Positions 54,855 through 63,356 of a stretch of DNA of 64,000 nucleotides are shown piece by piece. The position numbers were made by a program, and so were the translations under genes. The stretch is from contig JBQNCN010000003.1 of the NCBI GenBank assembly GCA_052169395.1, positions 242,279 to 306,278 on the forward strand. Direction: 5' to 3'. Source of the stretch: Candidatus Fimenecus sp. GTDB taxonomy: Bacteria > Bacillota > Clostridia > Oscillospirales > Acutalibacteraceae. Within the stretch, counting starts at the first letter, position 1. Every line of letters begins with the position of its first letter. Below the pieces are notes generated by a model. It worked only from the letters and a program-made list of their open reading frames with translations, was not told the origin of the DNA and searched no databases.

Positions 54855-55703
54855 TTACTCCTTTTTTTCGTCAAGTTCAATAAACCGTACAACTCCTGAA
54901 TCATCATTACTTTCACATATAAAATCTGCACGCTTTAAAAGCTCTTTATTTGCATTTTTTACTGCAACTTTAACATCTGCACACTCAAAAAGTGCAAAAT
55001 CATTTTTATTATCTCCGAATACTGTTACTATGTCAGCTCCGCAATATTCTTTTACAAAGCCAGCTCCTATTCCCTTTGAACATTTATCAGAAAATACCTC
55101 AAGAAAATAATAATCTGTATAGGTATCCTTATAAAAAACAGTATTTAAACCTTCAACGGTTTGCGCGTATTCAAAAAGAGGCTTTATTACCTCTTCCGTT
55201 TCACAAAGACTTATATATATAACATTTTCATTTATTGTTATTTCATCTACTGAATGTATAAGTCTATCTCCCAAAACTTCACGCCGCGCTTCATAAAATT
55301 TTTTCTGAACTGAAAGTGTAAGCCTTTCAAATACAGTTTCTATTGTCCCGTCTTTATTTGAATAAAACACAAAAAATCCGACATGCTTTGTTTTAATAAG
55401 TCTAATAAATTTCTCTACCGCAAAGATATTTATATACGTTATTTTAACAGGCTTATCATTTTTTAAGTCATAAATATAAGCTCCATTCATAAAAACAGCC
55501 GGAATATTCATGTTTATATCTTGCAAAAGTTCCTTTGCAGAGATAACGGAACGAGATGTTGCAACAGTAAAGAGAGTTCCGTTATTTATAAATTTATTAA
55601 GCATTTCAGATGTCTTTTCAGGAACCCTGCCTTCACTTGAAAGCAGGGTTCCATCCATATCTGAAATATAAACAACTCTATTCATCATATTTTTTCTTTG
55701 CAT
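54855..55703 (-). CDS. HAD-superfamily hydrolase, Cof-type
   Basis: VYISDMDGTLLS motif I, TVATSR motif II, C-terminal GDNKND. The start is ambiguous (ATG at 55703, 55688 or 55685), and every option overlaps the upstream gene's end. Confidence 0.8.
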   Translation of the reverse strand: MQRKNMMNRVVYISDMDGTLLSSEGRVPEKTSEMLNKFINNGTLFTVATSRSVISAKELLQDINMNIPAVFMNGAYIYDLKNDKPVKITYINIFAVEKFIRLIKTKHVGFFVFYSNKDGTIETVFERLTLSVQKKFYEARREVLGDRLIHSVDEITINENVIYISLCETEEVIKPLFEYAQTVEGLNTVFYKDTYTDYYFLEVFSDKCSKGIGAGFVKEYCGADIVTVFGDNKNDFALFECADVKVAVKNANKELLKRADFICESNDDSGVVRFIELDEKKE

Positions 55704-56739
55704 TTTTTATAGCAAATTTAATCTCTGACACAAGCTCTTTCGGTTCTAAAACTTTTGCATTTTCAAGATTTTCAAGTGCCCAAAGCTTCATAGCCTGAAA
55801 ATTTACCTTTGCACGAACTAAATTTATGCCTTTTTCTTTAATTATCACAACATTTTTTCCGAAATAATCTACAACTTGTGGCAGTATACTGTCATCAACC
55901 TCAAATAATGTATTTATATAATCACCGCAAAACATCATAAGTCCGTTTTCAATATGGCTTTTAAGTGAAAAATCCTTATTCACTACTTTAAGAGGAATAA
56001 ATTCCTCTTCATTTTCAAAACATAAATCCAGCATTCTGTCAACTCTTAAATTTTCAATGGAGGCTTTCGCTCCGTTATGTCGATGCAAAACCGCATAAAT
56101 ACGGGAACCGTCTACAACAAGATAGTAAACCGATGCTTTAAAAACTTCTCCTCTATTCACAAATCTTTTTGTTCTATAATCAAATTTTCCGTGTTTAAAG
56201 GAAACAACAACCTTCTCATTTTTTGCCTTAAGCAAAAGAGTTGTGTTAATCAGCGTACTGTCAACTCCGCCATTTTTCTGTTTAATCGCATCTATCTCAA
56301 ATGATTGAGAATTAAAATAATCTCCTGACAAAGCCGTAAGTTTTTTTACAATGTCATTTGTTCTTTTTGCACTTAAATTTTTAAGAGAATAAAGAGATAA
56401 AATTACAATCTGAAGTTCTTCTTCCGTCATATCTCTTTCAATATGCCATCTTTTTCTTATTTTTTGAATATCTCCGTCTATGGTATATCTGTCATTGAAT
56501 TCATCAAAATTCAAAATAAAACCAAACCCTGCCGTATCTAAAAAACTGCTGAGTTCCAAAAGATTTTTTCGTATAGTTTTTTTATCAAAGGACTTTCCTA
56601 TACGTTTTTCAAGCAGCTCTCCTATTTCACCAATATTAAGACGATGTTCACAATCGGTTCTTTCAAGCAAAAGCTTTAAAATAACAAGAGGTAAAATATT
56701 CTGAGAAAAGTTTGCAACAGTATTTTTTGTCTTAGCCAA
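55678..56739 (-). CDS. wHTH-WYL-WCX-type transcriptional regulator
   Basis: N-terminal winged HTH (ILPLVILKLLLERTDCEHRLNIGEIGELL). Central WYL-like domain (KASVYYLVVDGSRIYAVLH...ENLRVDRMLDL). C-terminal WCX-like end (AMKLWALENLENAKVLEPKELV). TTG start 5 nt after AAGGAGG, which overlaps the potD stop. Confidence 0.6.
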   Translation of the reverse strand: MAKTKNTVANFSQNILPLVILKLLLERTDCEHRLNIGEIGELLEKRIGKSFDKKTIRKNLLELSSFLDTAGFGFILNFDEFNDRYTIDGDIQKIRKRWHIERDMTEEELQIVILSLYSLKNLSAKRTNDIVKKLTALSGDYFNSQSFEIDAIKQKNGGVDSTLINTTLLLKAKNEKVVVSFKHGKFDYRTKRFVNRGEVFKASVYYLVVDGSRIYAVLHRHNGAKASIENLRVDRMLDLCFENEEEFIPLKVVNKDFSLKSHIENGLMMFCGDYINTLFEVDDSILPQVVDYFGKNVVIIKEKGINLVRAKVNFQAMKLWALENLENAKVLEPKELVSEIKFAIKNAKKKYDE

Positions 56740-56749
56740 ATCTGCCTCC

Positions 56750-57874
56750 TTATGCTATTTTCACTTCTTCCCAAAGCTTACTGAGTAAATCCAATGTACT
56801 TTGGTCTAAATTATGAAAATACTGTGTTTTTGGAGGATTTTTAGGATAGAGCACTTCATTATCCTTATACTCATATCTTTCATCACTTAAAACTGCTGAA
56901 ACAGGACAAATATATCCCATAAAATTAGCATTATGCAGTGCCGTTTCAGGTTCAAGCATAAAATTTATAAAAAGTTCTGCGGCTCTTTTATGCTGTGCAC
57001 CCTTAGGTACACACATAACATCAACAAAAATATTTGTACCTTCTTTAGGATATATAAATTCAAGATCTGAATTCTGCGCCTTCATTGTTAAAAAATCACC
57101 TGCATAATACGGTGCAAGTGCCGCCTCACCGGATTCCATTTTATTAAAAACTTCATCCATAACATATGACTGCAAAAGCGGTTTCTGCTCTATAAGCTTA
57201 TCTTTAGCTGCAGTCCAATCTGCAGGATTCGTCGTATTAACATCTTGATTTAAAAGATATTGTGCAATTCCAAACGCATCACGAGAATTATTAAATGTAA
57301 GCATTTGACCTTTATATTTATTATCCCAAAGAGCGCTCCAAGAATCAGGAACTTCCTTTACCATAGTTTTATTATAAATAAGTCCTACCATACCGCCTGT
57401 ATAAGCTACCGAATATTCATTGGATTTATCAAAAAACAAATTCTTATATTCTTCTGCAACACCTTGAAAATTCGGTATATTTTTAAAATCAAGCTTTTCA
57501 AGAGCATTCTCTTTTTTAAGCCTTTCAGCCATATAATCCGATGGAATAATCACATCATAATTTACTCCACCGCTTTTAAGTTTTGAATACATATCCTCAT
57601 TTGATGCATAAGTTGTGTAATTGACCTTAATACCTGTAAGTTCTTCGAACTTTTTAATAATATCAATACTTCCCTCTGTACCGTCCGATATATACTCTCC
57701 CCAATTATAAACATTAAGTTCGGTACCTTTAAGGTCTTCGATACTATAGATTGATTTTAAATTTTCCTTTATAAATTCAGCTTTATCCTCTCCACCTTTT
57801 TTTGTACAACCGGAAAATACAATAGATAATCCCAAAAGAATCAAAGCCATTACTAACGCTGTTATTTTTTTCAT
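56750..57874 (-). CDS. potD: Spermidine/putrescine ABC transporter substrate-binding lipoprotein
   Basis: Signal peptide with VFSGC lipobox. PotD/PotF-like sequence (LNVYNWGEYI...). Confidence 0.85.
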   Translation of the reverse strand: MKKITALVMALILLGLSIVFSGCTKKGGEDKAEFIKENLKSIYSIEDLKGTELNVYNWGEYISDGTEGSIDIIKKFEELTGIKVNYTTYASNEDMYSKLKSGGVNYDVIIPSDYMAERLKKENALEKLDFKNIPNFQGVAEEYKNLFFDKSNEYSVAYTGGMVGLIYNKTMVKEVPDSWSALWDNKYKGQMLTFNNSRDAFGIAQYLLNQDVNTTNPADWTAAKDKLIEQKPLLQSYVMDEVFNKMESGEAALAPYYAGDFLTMKAQNSDLEFIYPKEGTNIFVDVMCVPKGAQHKRAAELFINFMLEPETALHNANFMGYICPVSAVLSDERYEYKDNEVLYPKNPPKTQYFHNLDQSTLDLLSKLWEEVKIA

Positions 57875-57877
57875 TTG

Positions 57878-58681
57878 TTACCTCCGCTTATTTTTTTTAT
57901 CCGTTTTAGTTGTTACGACATTCATAATTACAAGAAGCAATAAAACCACAAAAAATATAATAGTTGAAAGTGCATACATATCGGGTCTTACCTTTTTCTT
58001 TGTCATTGAAAAAATAACTATCGGGAGAGTCTGAAATTTTGCACCCGTTACAAAATAACTGATTATAAAATCATCCAGAGACAATGTAAAAGCCATTATA
58101 AAGCCTGTAAAAATACCTGAAAATATGTTTGGCATAATAACCTTAAAAAATGCGCCCGTTGAAGAACAGCCCAAATCCTCTGCAGCCTCGGTTAAAAATG
58201 CACTCATTTGACGAAGTTTGGGAAGCACCGATAAAATAACATAGGGTAAGCAAAATGTAATATGTGCAATAAGAAGCGTCCCAAATCCAAGTGCATTTTT
58301 CATATGAAGAAGTCTTGCTGCAAATACAAATAACAACATCATGGAAACACCCGTTACAATTTCAGGACTCATCATAGGAATATTTGTCACTGTACTGAAT
58401 GTATTTCTTAGCACTCTGCTCTTCACTTTTAATATTCCTACAGCTGCAAGCGTTCCTAAAACAGTTGATACAGCTGCCGCACAAAACGCTAAAATCAATG
58501 TGTTTTTCATTCCCTGAAGCGCTGCCGTATCACTCATAAGCTCTTTATACCATTTAAAAGAAAATCCCGACATAACTGATGTTGAATTTGACCCGTTAAA
58601 TGAAAAAACTATCATAACAGCTATCGGTGCATAAAGGAATAAAAATATTGAACCTGTATATATACCTTTTAAAATTTTCAT
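57878..58681 (-). CDS. potC: Spermidine/putrescine ABC transporter permease PotC
   Basis: Six-TM BPD-type permease with an EAA loop (EAAEDLGCSSTGAFFKVIMP). Confidence 0.85.
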   Translation of the reverse strand: MKILKGIYTGSIFLFLYAPIAVMIVFSFNGSNSTSVMSGFSFKWYKELMSDTAALQGMKNTLILAFCAAAVSTVLGTLAAVGILKVKSRVLRNTFSTVTNIPMMSPEIVTGVSMMLLFVFAARLLHMKNALGFGTLLIAHITFCLPYVILSVLPKLRQMSAFLTEAAEDLGCSSTGAFFKVIMPNIFSGIFTGFIMAFTLSLDDFIISYFVTGAKFQTLPIVIFSMTKKKVRPDMYALSTIIFFVVLLLLVIMNVVTTKTDKKNKRR

Positions 58682-59511
58682 TTTAAAATCGGCGCCTCCT
58701 CATCACTTTTAGCTTCATTGGAAAATCTGTTCATAAATAACATTCCGATAATAATCATAAGCATAAGTACAAGTGAAAGAGAAGCTCCTAAATTATAATT
58801 ATAGGCGGTCTGAAACTGCATTTCTATAGAATCGCCTATTAAAAGGTATTTACCTCCGCCAAGTTTTTGAGATATATAGAATGTTGATACTGACGGAACA
58901 AAAACCATTGTGATACCCGAAATTACACCGGGCATTGAAAGCGGAAAAATAATCTTTGCAAAAACATTACATCTTGATGCACCCAAATCATTTGCCGCTT
59001 CAACAAGACTTTTGTCAAACTTTGAAAGCACGGAATAAATAGGTAACACCATATATGGAAGAAAATTATATACCATTCCTAAAATTACGGCACCTGGCGT
59101 ATTTATAAGTTGAAGTCGTTCAATTCCTATGCTTTTCAACATATTATTGATAACACCGTTATTTGCAAGGATGGTAATCCATGAATATGTACGAATCAAA
59201 AAATTCATCCACATTGGAAGCATAATAAGCATAATTAAAATACCCGAATTTTTTCTTGCATTTGCAATTATATATGCCAGCGGATATGAAATGATAAAGC
59301 ATATAAAAGTTGCTAAAACCGCATATTCAACAGAACGAAAAAATATTGAACCGTAATTTTTAAGTGCATATATATTTTCAAAAGTAAAATCTCCATTTCT
59401 GTTTGTAAACGCATAAAATGCAACCATCAGCATAGGAACTATTATAAAAATCACTGACCACAAAAGGTATGGAGCATTTAAAGCAACCGTTCTCCTTTTG
59501 CACGTCGTCAT
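58678..59511 (-). CDS. potB: Spermidine/putrescine ABC transporter permease PotB
   Basis: Six-TM BPD-type permease with an EAA loop (EAANDLGASRCNVFAKIIFP). ATGA overlaps on both sides. Confidence 0.85.
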   Translation of the reverse strand: MTTCKRRTVALNAPYLLWSVIFIIVPMLMVAFYAFTNRNGDFTFENIYALKNYGSIFFRSVEYAVLATFICFIISYPLAYIIANARKNSGILIMLIMLPMWMNFLIRTYSWITILANNGVINNMLKSIGIERLQLINTPGAVILGMVYNFLPYMVLPIYSVLSKFDKSLVEAANDLGASRCNVFAKIIFPLSMPGVISGITMVFVPSVSTFYISQKLGGGKYLLIGDSIEMQFQTAYNYNLGASLSLVLMLMIIIGMLFMNRFSNEAKSDEEAPILK

Positions 59512-60662
59512 ATCTCGTCCTCCGAAATTTCCTCTTCATCAGTCAAAATAATCTCCGGATCACTCATTTCCTCAAATTCCTCTGAAAATGACGAATAATC
59601 GCCGTATATTCCGCTATACTCGCTCTTTTTCATGACCTGAATTTCCTCCGGCGCAACCTTAATACCGATTCTTTCACCGACAACATGACTTCTGGTTGTT
59701 TCAATCATCCACTTAAAGCCCTTTATATCCACAATAACTTCATAGTAATCGCCCTTAAATGTAACACCTGATATAATTCCGCTTAAAATTCCTTCGGCTT
59801 CAGAAACAACGCTTATATCTTCCGGTCTTATCACAATATCGACCGGTTCACTAGGCGCAAAACCCATATCAACACATGGGCAGTTCACTCCTTGAAAACG
59901 ACATAGTCTATCCTTAATCATTATTCCGTCAAGAATATTACTGTCACCTATAAAGTCCGCAACAAAAGCATTTTCCGGTTCATTATAAATATCTGTAGGA
60001 CTACCCGTCTGCTGAATTTTTCCACTGTCCATAACAACTATTGTATCACTCATAGAAAGAGCTTCTTCCTGATCGTGAGTTACATATATAAAGGTTATTC
60101 CAAGTCTTTTTTGAATTGATTTAAGTTCTCTCTGCATATCCTTGCGCAGCTTTAAATCAAGTGCTCCGAGAGGCTCATCCAAAAGCAAAATCTTAGGATC
60201 TACCGCAAGTGCTCTTGCTATTGCAACTCTTTGCTGCTGACCTCCGGAAAGGCTATCAACCGAACGTTTTTCAAAGCCCGTAAGGCTTACCAGTTTAAGC
60301 ATTTCACTGACTTTTTCCTTTATCTCCCGTTTACTCTTTTTTCTTACTTTTAGACCAAATGCAATATTATTATAAACATCCATATTTGGAAACAGAGCAT
60401 ATCTCTGAAAAACCGTATTCACAGGACGCTTATTTGCAGGCACACCGTTCATCTTTTTTCCATCAAAAAAGATATCGCCCGCATCAGGATTTAAAAATCC
60501 GCCGATAACGCGCAATGTTGTTGTTTTGCCGCAGCCTGAAGAGCCCAAAAAAGTGACAAATTCACCACCTGCAATATCAAGATTAATTCCTTTTAAAACC
60601 TGCTCTCCGCCGAAACTTACTGTTATATTTTTTAAACTTACAGAACCTTTTGTGTTTTCCAA
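59508..60662 (-). CDS. potA: Spermidine/putrescine ABC transporter ATPase PotA
   Basis: Walker A GSSGCGKTT, LSGGQQQRVAIARAL, LLLDEP, a TOBE-like C-terminal domain and an acidic tail. TTG start. Confidence 0.9.
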   Translation of the reverse strand: MENTKGSVSLKNITVSFGGEQVLKGINLDIAGGEFVTFLGSSGCGKTTTLRVIGGFLNPDAGDIFFDGKKMNGVPANKRPVNTVFQRYALFPNMDVYNNIAFGLKVRKKSKREIKEKVSEMLKLVSLTGFEKRSVDSLSGGQQQRVAIARALAVDPKILLLDEPLGALDLKLRKDMQRELKSIQKRLGITFIYVTHDQEEALSMSDTIVVMDSGKIQQTGSPTDIYNEPENAFVADFIGDSNILDGIMIKDRLCRFQGVNCPCVDMGFAPSEPVDIVIRPEDISVVSEAEGILSGIISGVTFKGDYYEVIVDIKGFKWMIETTRSHVVGERIGIKVAPEEIQVMKKSEYSGIYGDYSSFSEEFEEMSDPEIILTDEEEISEDEI

Positions 60663-60729
60663 TAACTTCTCCTTTCCAACCGATATGATTAAAAGCTTTA
60701 TGCTTTAATGGTTGCAATTATCCTATGCA

Positions 60730-60758
60730 AATATATACGGGATAGGTAAAATTGTCAA
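60730..60758 (-). promoter_or_regulatory. Promoter of potABCD
   Basis: Minus strand TTGACA (60758..60753), a 17-nt spacer, then TATATT (60735..60730). Confidence 0.5.
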
Positions 60759-60760
60759 CA

Positions 60761-60790
60761 AAAAAATGCACCGTTTTTAAAGTGCATTTA
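60761..60790 (-). terminator. Terminator after the P-type ATPase
   Basis: AAATGCAC / GTGCATTT stem (60764-60771 / 60782-60789), followed on the minus strand by UUUUUUU. Confidence 0.65.
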
Positions 60791-60854
60791 AAGTTTGTTA
60801 AAAATGTGAATTTTAAGCTTCTTATAACCTATTTTTTGAAAATTAAGTTAATAT

Positions 60855-62894
60855 TTATTCCTTTTTGAGCAGACGGGAACTGTTAAGTACACATAAAATA
60901 AGTACACCTACATCTGCAAAAACAGCAAGATAAATAGGCGCAAGCCCAAAAGTCCCTAACCCAAGTACAATAATCTTTATTATAATTGCAAAATAAACAT
61001 TACTTTTTACAATTCTCATAGTCTTTTTTGATTTCTTAATTGCCCTAAAAATATTTTCAATATCATTATTCATAAGTACAGCATCGGCTGTTTCAATCGT
61101 TATAGCAGATCCACCACCCATTGCAAATCCGACATCTGCCGCCAAAATGGAAGGGGTATCGTTTATTCCGTCGCCTATATATGTAACAACTCCATTGTCC
61201 TTTTTATATTTCTCTATTATTTCAGTCTTTCCGTCAGGCAAAAGTTCCGCCTTAAAATCAGAAAGTCCAAGTTCCATAGCAATTTTTTCTGCAGATTTTT
61301 TATTATCTCCGGTCAACATAACAAGTCTTTTAATTTCGATACTTTTAAGCTTTTCCACTGCCGTTTTAGCTGTCTCTCTTAATTTACCGGAAAAGCTTAA
61401 CGAACCTACAAATATATTGTCAAAAGCCGTATAAACAGTTCCGTCAAAGCCATCAGGAACATTTATTTCATTATTTATCAAAAATCTTTTGGAACCGCAT
61501 AAAATTACTTTTTCATTATATACAACTCTTGTGCCAAAACCCTTATACTCCTTAAATTCAGAAATCATATATTGATTAGGTGACTTTCCGTCAAAAGCTT
61601 TTTTTACTATTGCTTTTGCAAGCGGATGCGTTGAATTCATTTCACAAATTGCAGAATAAAAAATCAAATTTTTTTCCGTAAAATTTTCTGACGGCGACAA
61701 CTTTTCAACAATAAAGCTTCCATCTGTTATTGTACCTGTTTTATCAAAACAAACCGTATCAGTCTTTGCCAAAAGCTCAATGAATTTCCCGCCCTTGAGA
61801 ACAACACCGATTTTAGAAAGTCCACCGATTGCCGAAACAAATCCGAGCGGAACCGAAATCATAATTGCACACGGACATGAGGCTACTAAAAATACAAGAG
61901 AACGATACAGATAAGTTTCAAAGTGTCCCCAGAAAATCGGCACTACAAAAGCTAAAATCGCCGCAAGCCCTACCACAAGAGGCGTATAAATTTCTGCAAA
62001 ACGTGATATAAATCTATCTGTTTTCGCCTTACTTTTGGAGCTTTCCTTAACGGATTTTATTATCTTCTCAGCAACGGAATTTTCATAATCTTCAGTCGCT
62101 CTTACAGTCAATGCACCGTATCCATTTACGGAACCTGAAAAAAGAGATGTGCCTACAGAGGCAAATATAGGGAGTTCTTCCCCTGAAACAGCCGCAGTAT
62201 CAACCTCACTTTCCCCTGAAATTACAATACAATCCGCAGGAATTTTTTCATAAGCGGAAATTATAAGTTTATCTCCTTTCTTTATTTCTTTTGCTTTTAT
62301 TTCAATTCTCTCGCCATCAGATAATATCATAGCTTTTTCAGGAACCAAATCATAAAGCTTTGAAATAGCCTTATCTGATTTTTCAACAGCATAATCTTCA
62401 AGCATTTCACCAAGTCTATAAAAAAGTGAAACGGCTGCACCCTCTGCTCCTTGTCCTATTGCAAAGGAAGCTATAATAGCCACCAACATAAGAGTTGTAG
62501 TATCAAGTGAAAAATCCTTATGTTTAACTTTGTTTATAATTGCAAGCACCAAGCTGTATCCAGACAGAAGTACAGATACCATAGAAAATATAACTGTAAG
62601 CCATGCGGGAAAATAAAAATGAATATAATCAAAAAATTTAAAACTTAACCATGAAGGTATTCCGTGAAAATGACTATGCCCTAAATAGAGAAATATTGCA
62701 GAAAAAATAAGCGATATTTTTTCAAACGCTTCAAACCTTTTATTTTTTTTATGGCTTTCGTTATGACAGGAACAACCTCCATGGTTATGCTCGTGATTAT
62801 TAACCTGTTCATTGTGTTCCTCTAAATGACCATGACTACAACAACTTCCCGTACAAACTTTAAGACGCTTCGTCTTGTGTTTTTCATTTTCCAT
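60855..62894 (-). CDS. Heavy-metal-translocating P1B-type ATPase (CPC type, Zn/Cd/Co-like) with a His/Cys-rich N-terminus
   Basis: FDKTGTIT, SCPCAIMISVP, STHPLAKAI, GDGINDTP. N-terminus CTGSCCSHGHLEEHNEQVNNHEHNHGGCSCHNESH. No GMTCxxC HMA domain is seen. Confidence 0.9.
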   Translation of the reverse strand: MENEKHKTKRLKVCTGSCCSHGHLEEHNEQVNNHEHNHGGCSCHNESHKKNKRFEAFEKISLIFSAIFLYLGHSHFHGIPSWLSFKFFDYIHFYFPAWLTVIFSMVSVLLSGYSLVLAIINKVKHKDFSLDTTTLMLVAIIASFAIGQGAEGAAVSLFYRLGEMLEDYAVEKSDKAISKLYDLVPEKAMILSDGERIEIKAKEIKKGDKLIISAYEKIPADCIVISGESEVDTAAVSGEELPIFASVGTSLFSGSVNGYGALTVRATEDYENSVAEKIIKSVKESSKSKAKTDRFISRFAEIYTPLVVGLAAILAFVVPIFWGHFETYLYRSLVFLVASCPCAIMISVPLGFVSAIGGLSKIGVVLKGGKFIELLAKTDTVCFDKTGTITDGSFIVEKLSPSENFTEKNLIFYSAICEMNSTHPLAKAIVKKAFDGKSPNQYMISEFKEYKGFGTRVVYNEKVILCGSKRFLINNEINVPDGFDGTVYTAFDNIFVGSLSFSGKLRETAKTAVEKLKSIEIKRLVMLTGDNKKSAEKIAMELGLSDFKAELLPDGKTEIIEKYKKDNGVVTYIGDGINDTPSILAADVGFAMGGGSAITIETADAVLMNNDIENIFRAIKKSKKTMRIVKSNVYFAIIIKIIVLGLGTFGLAPIYLAVFADVGVLILCVLNSSRLLKKE

Positions 62895-63226
62895 TATCCG
62901 CCTCTTTTTTCAAGTATATGTTCAAGTCCCATATAAAATATTATACGAACATGTTCATCTGCAAGCATATACAACACTTCTTTTCCCGAACGCTCTGTTC
63001 TTACAAGTCCTGAATCTCTCAAAATTCTGAGCTGATGAGAAATTGCAGACTGAGACATGGAAAGTCTCTCAGAAATTTCAGAAACATTCATATTTTTGAA
63101 TAAAAGTTCTTCTATAATCCTTACCCTTGTGCTGTCTCCAAAAACACGATACAAATCTGCTAAATCATAAAGTATTTCGATATCCGGACGTTTTTCCCCG
63201 GACATCATTTTTTTTATTTCTTTCAT
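62894..63226 (-). CDS. ArsR/SmtB family metalloregulatory repressor
   Basis: LYRVFGDSTRVRIIEELL...NVSEISERLSMSQSAISHQLRILRDSGLV winged HTH. C-terminal DEHVRIIFYMGLEH resembles the alpha-5 DxH...H metal site. Confidence 0.85.
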   Translation of the reverse strand: MKEIKKMMSGEKRPDIEILYDLADLYRVFGDSTRVRIIEELLFKNMNVSEISERLSMSQSAISHQLRILRDSGLVRTERSGKEVLYMLADEHVRIIFYMGLEHILEKRGG

Positions 63227-63246
63227 GTTATTCCCCTACAACATAC

Positions 63247-63274
63247 ATATGAACAAATGAACAATCGTTCATAT
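63247..63274. promoter_or_regulatory. ArsR-type operator candidate
   Basis: ATATGAACAAATGAACAATCGTTCATAT. The inner palindrome ATGAAC-aatc-GTTCAT lies at 63257-63272 and the outer arms ATATGAAC / GTTCATAT at 63247-63254 / 63267-63274. It lies 21-48 nt upstream of the arsR start. Confidence 0.55.
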
Positions 63275-63311
63275 TTATAATTCAAATATATCACTTTTAA
63301 TATATTTGTCA

Positions 63312-63341
63312 AGAAAAAAATAAAGCCTTACATAAGGCTTT
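63312..63341 (-). terminator. Terminator after rpe
   Basis: AAAGCCTTA / TAAGGCTTT stem, followed on the minus strand by a U-run. Confidence 0.65.
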
Positions 63342-63356
63342 CCTTCAAAATTTTAT

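Noticed and set aside
54731-54931. 66-aa minus-strand ORF
   Set aside because: It overlaps tRNA-Leu(CAG) and its terminator, and the tRNA explains the sequence.
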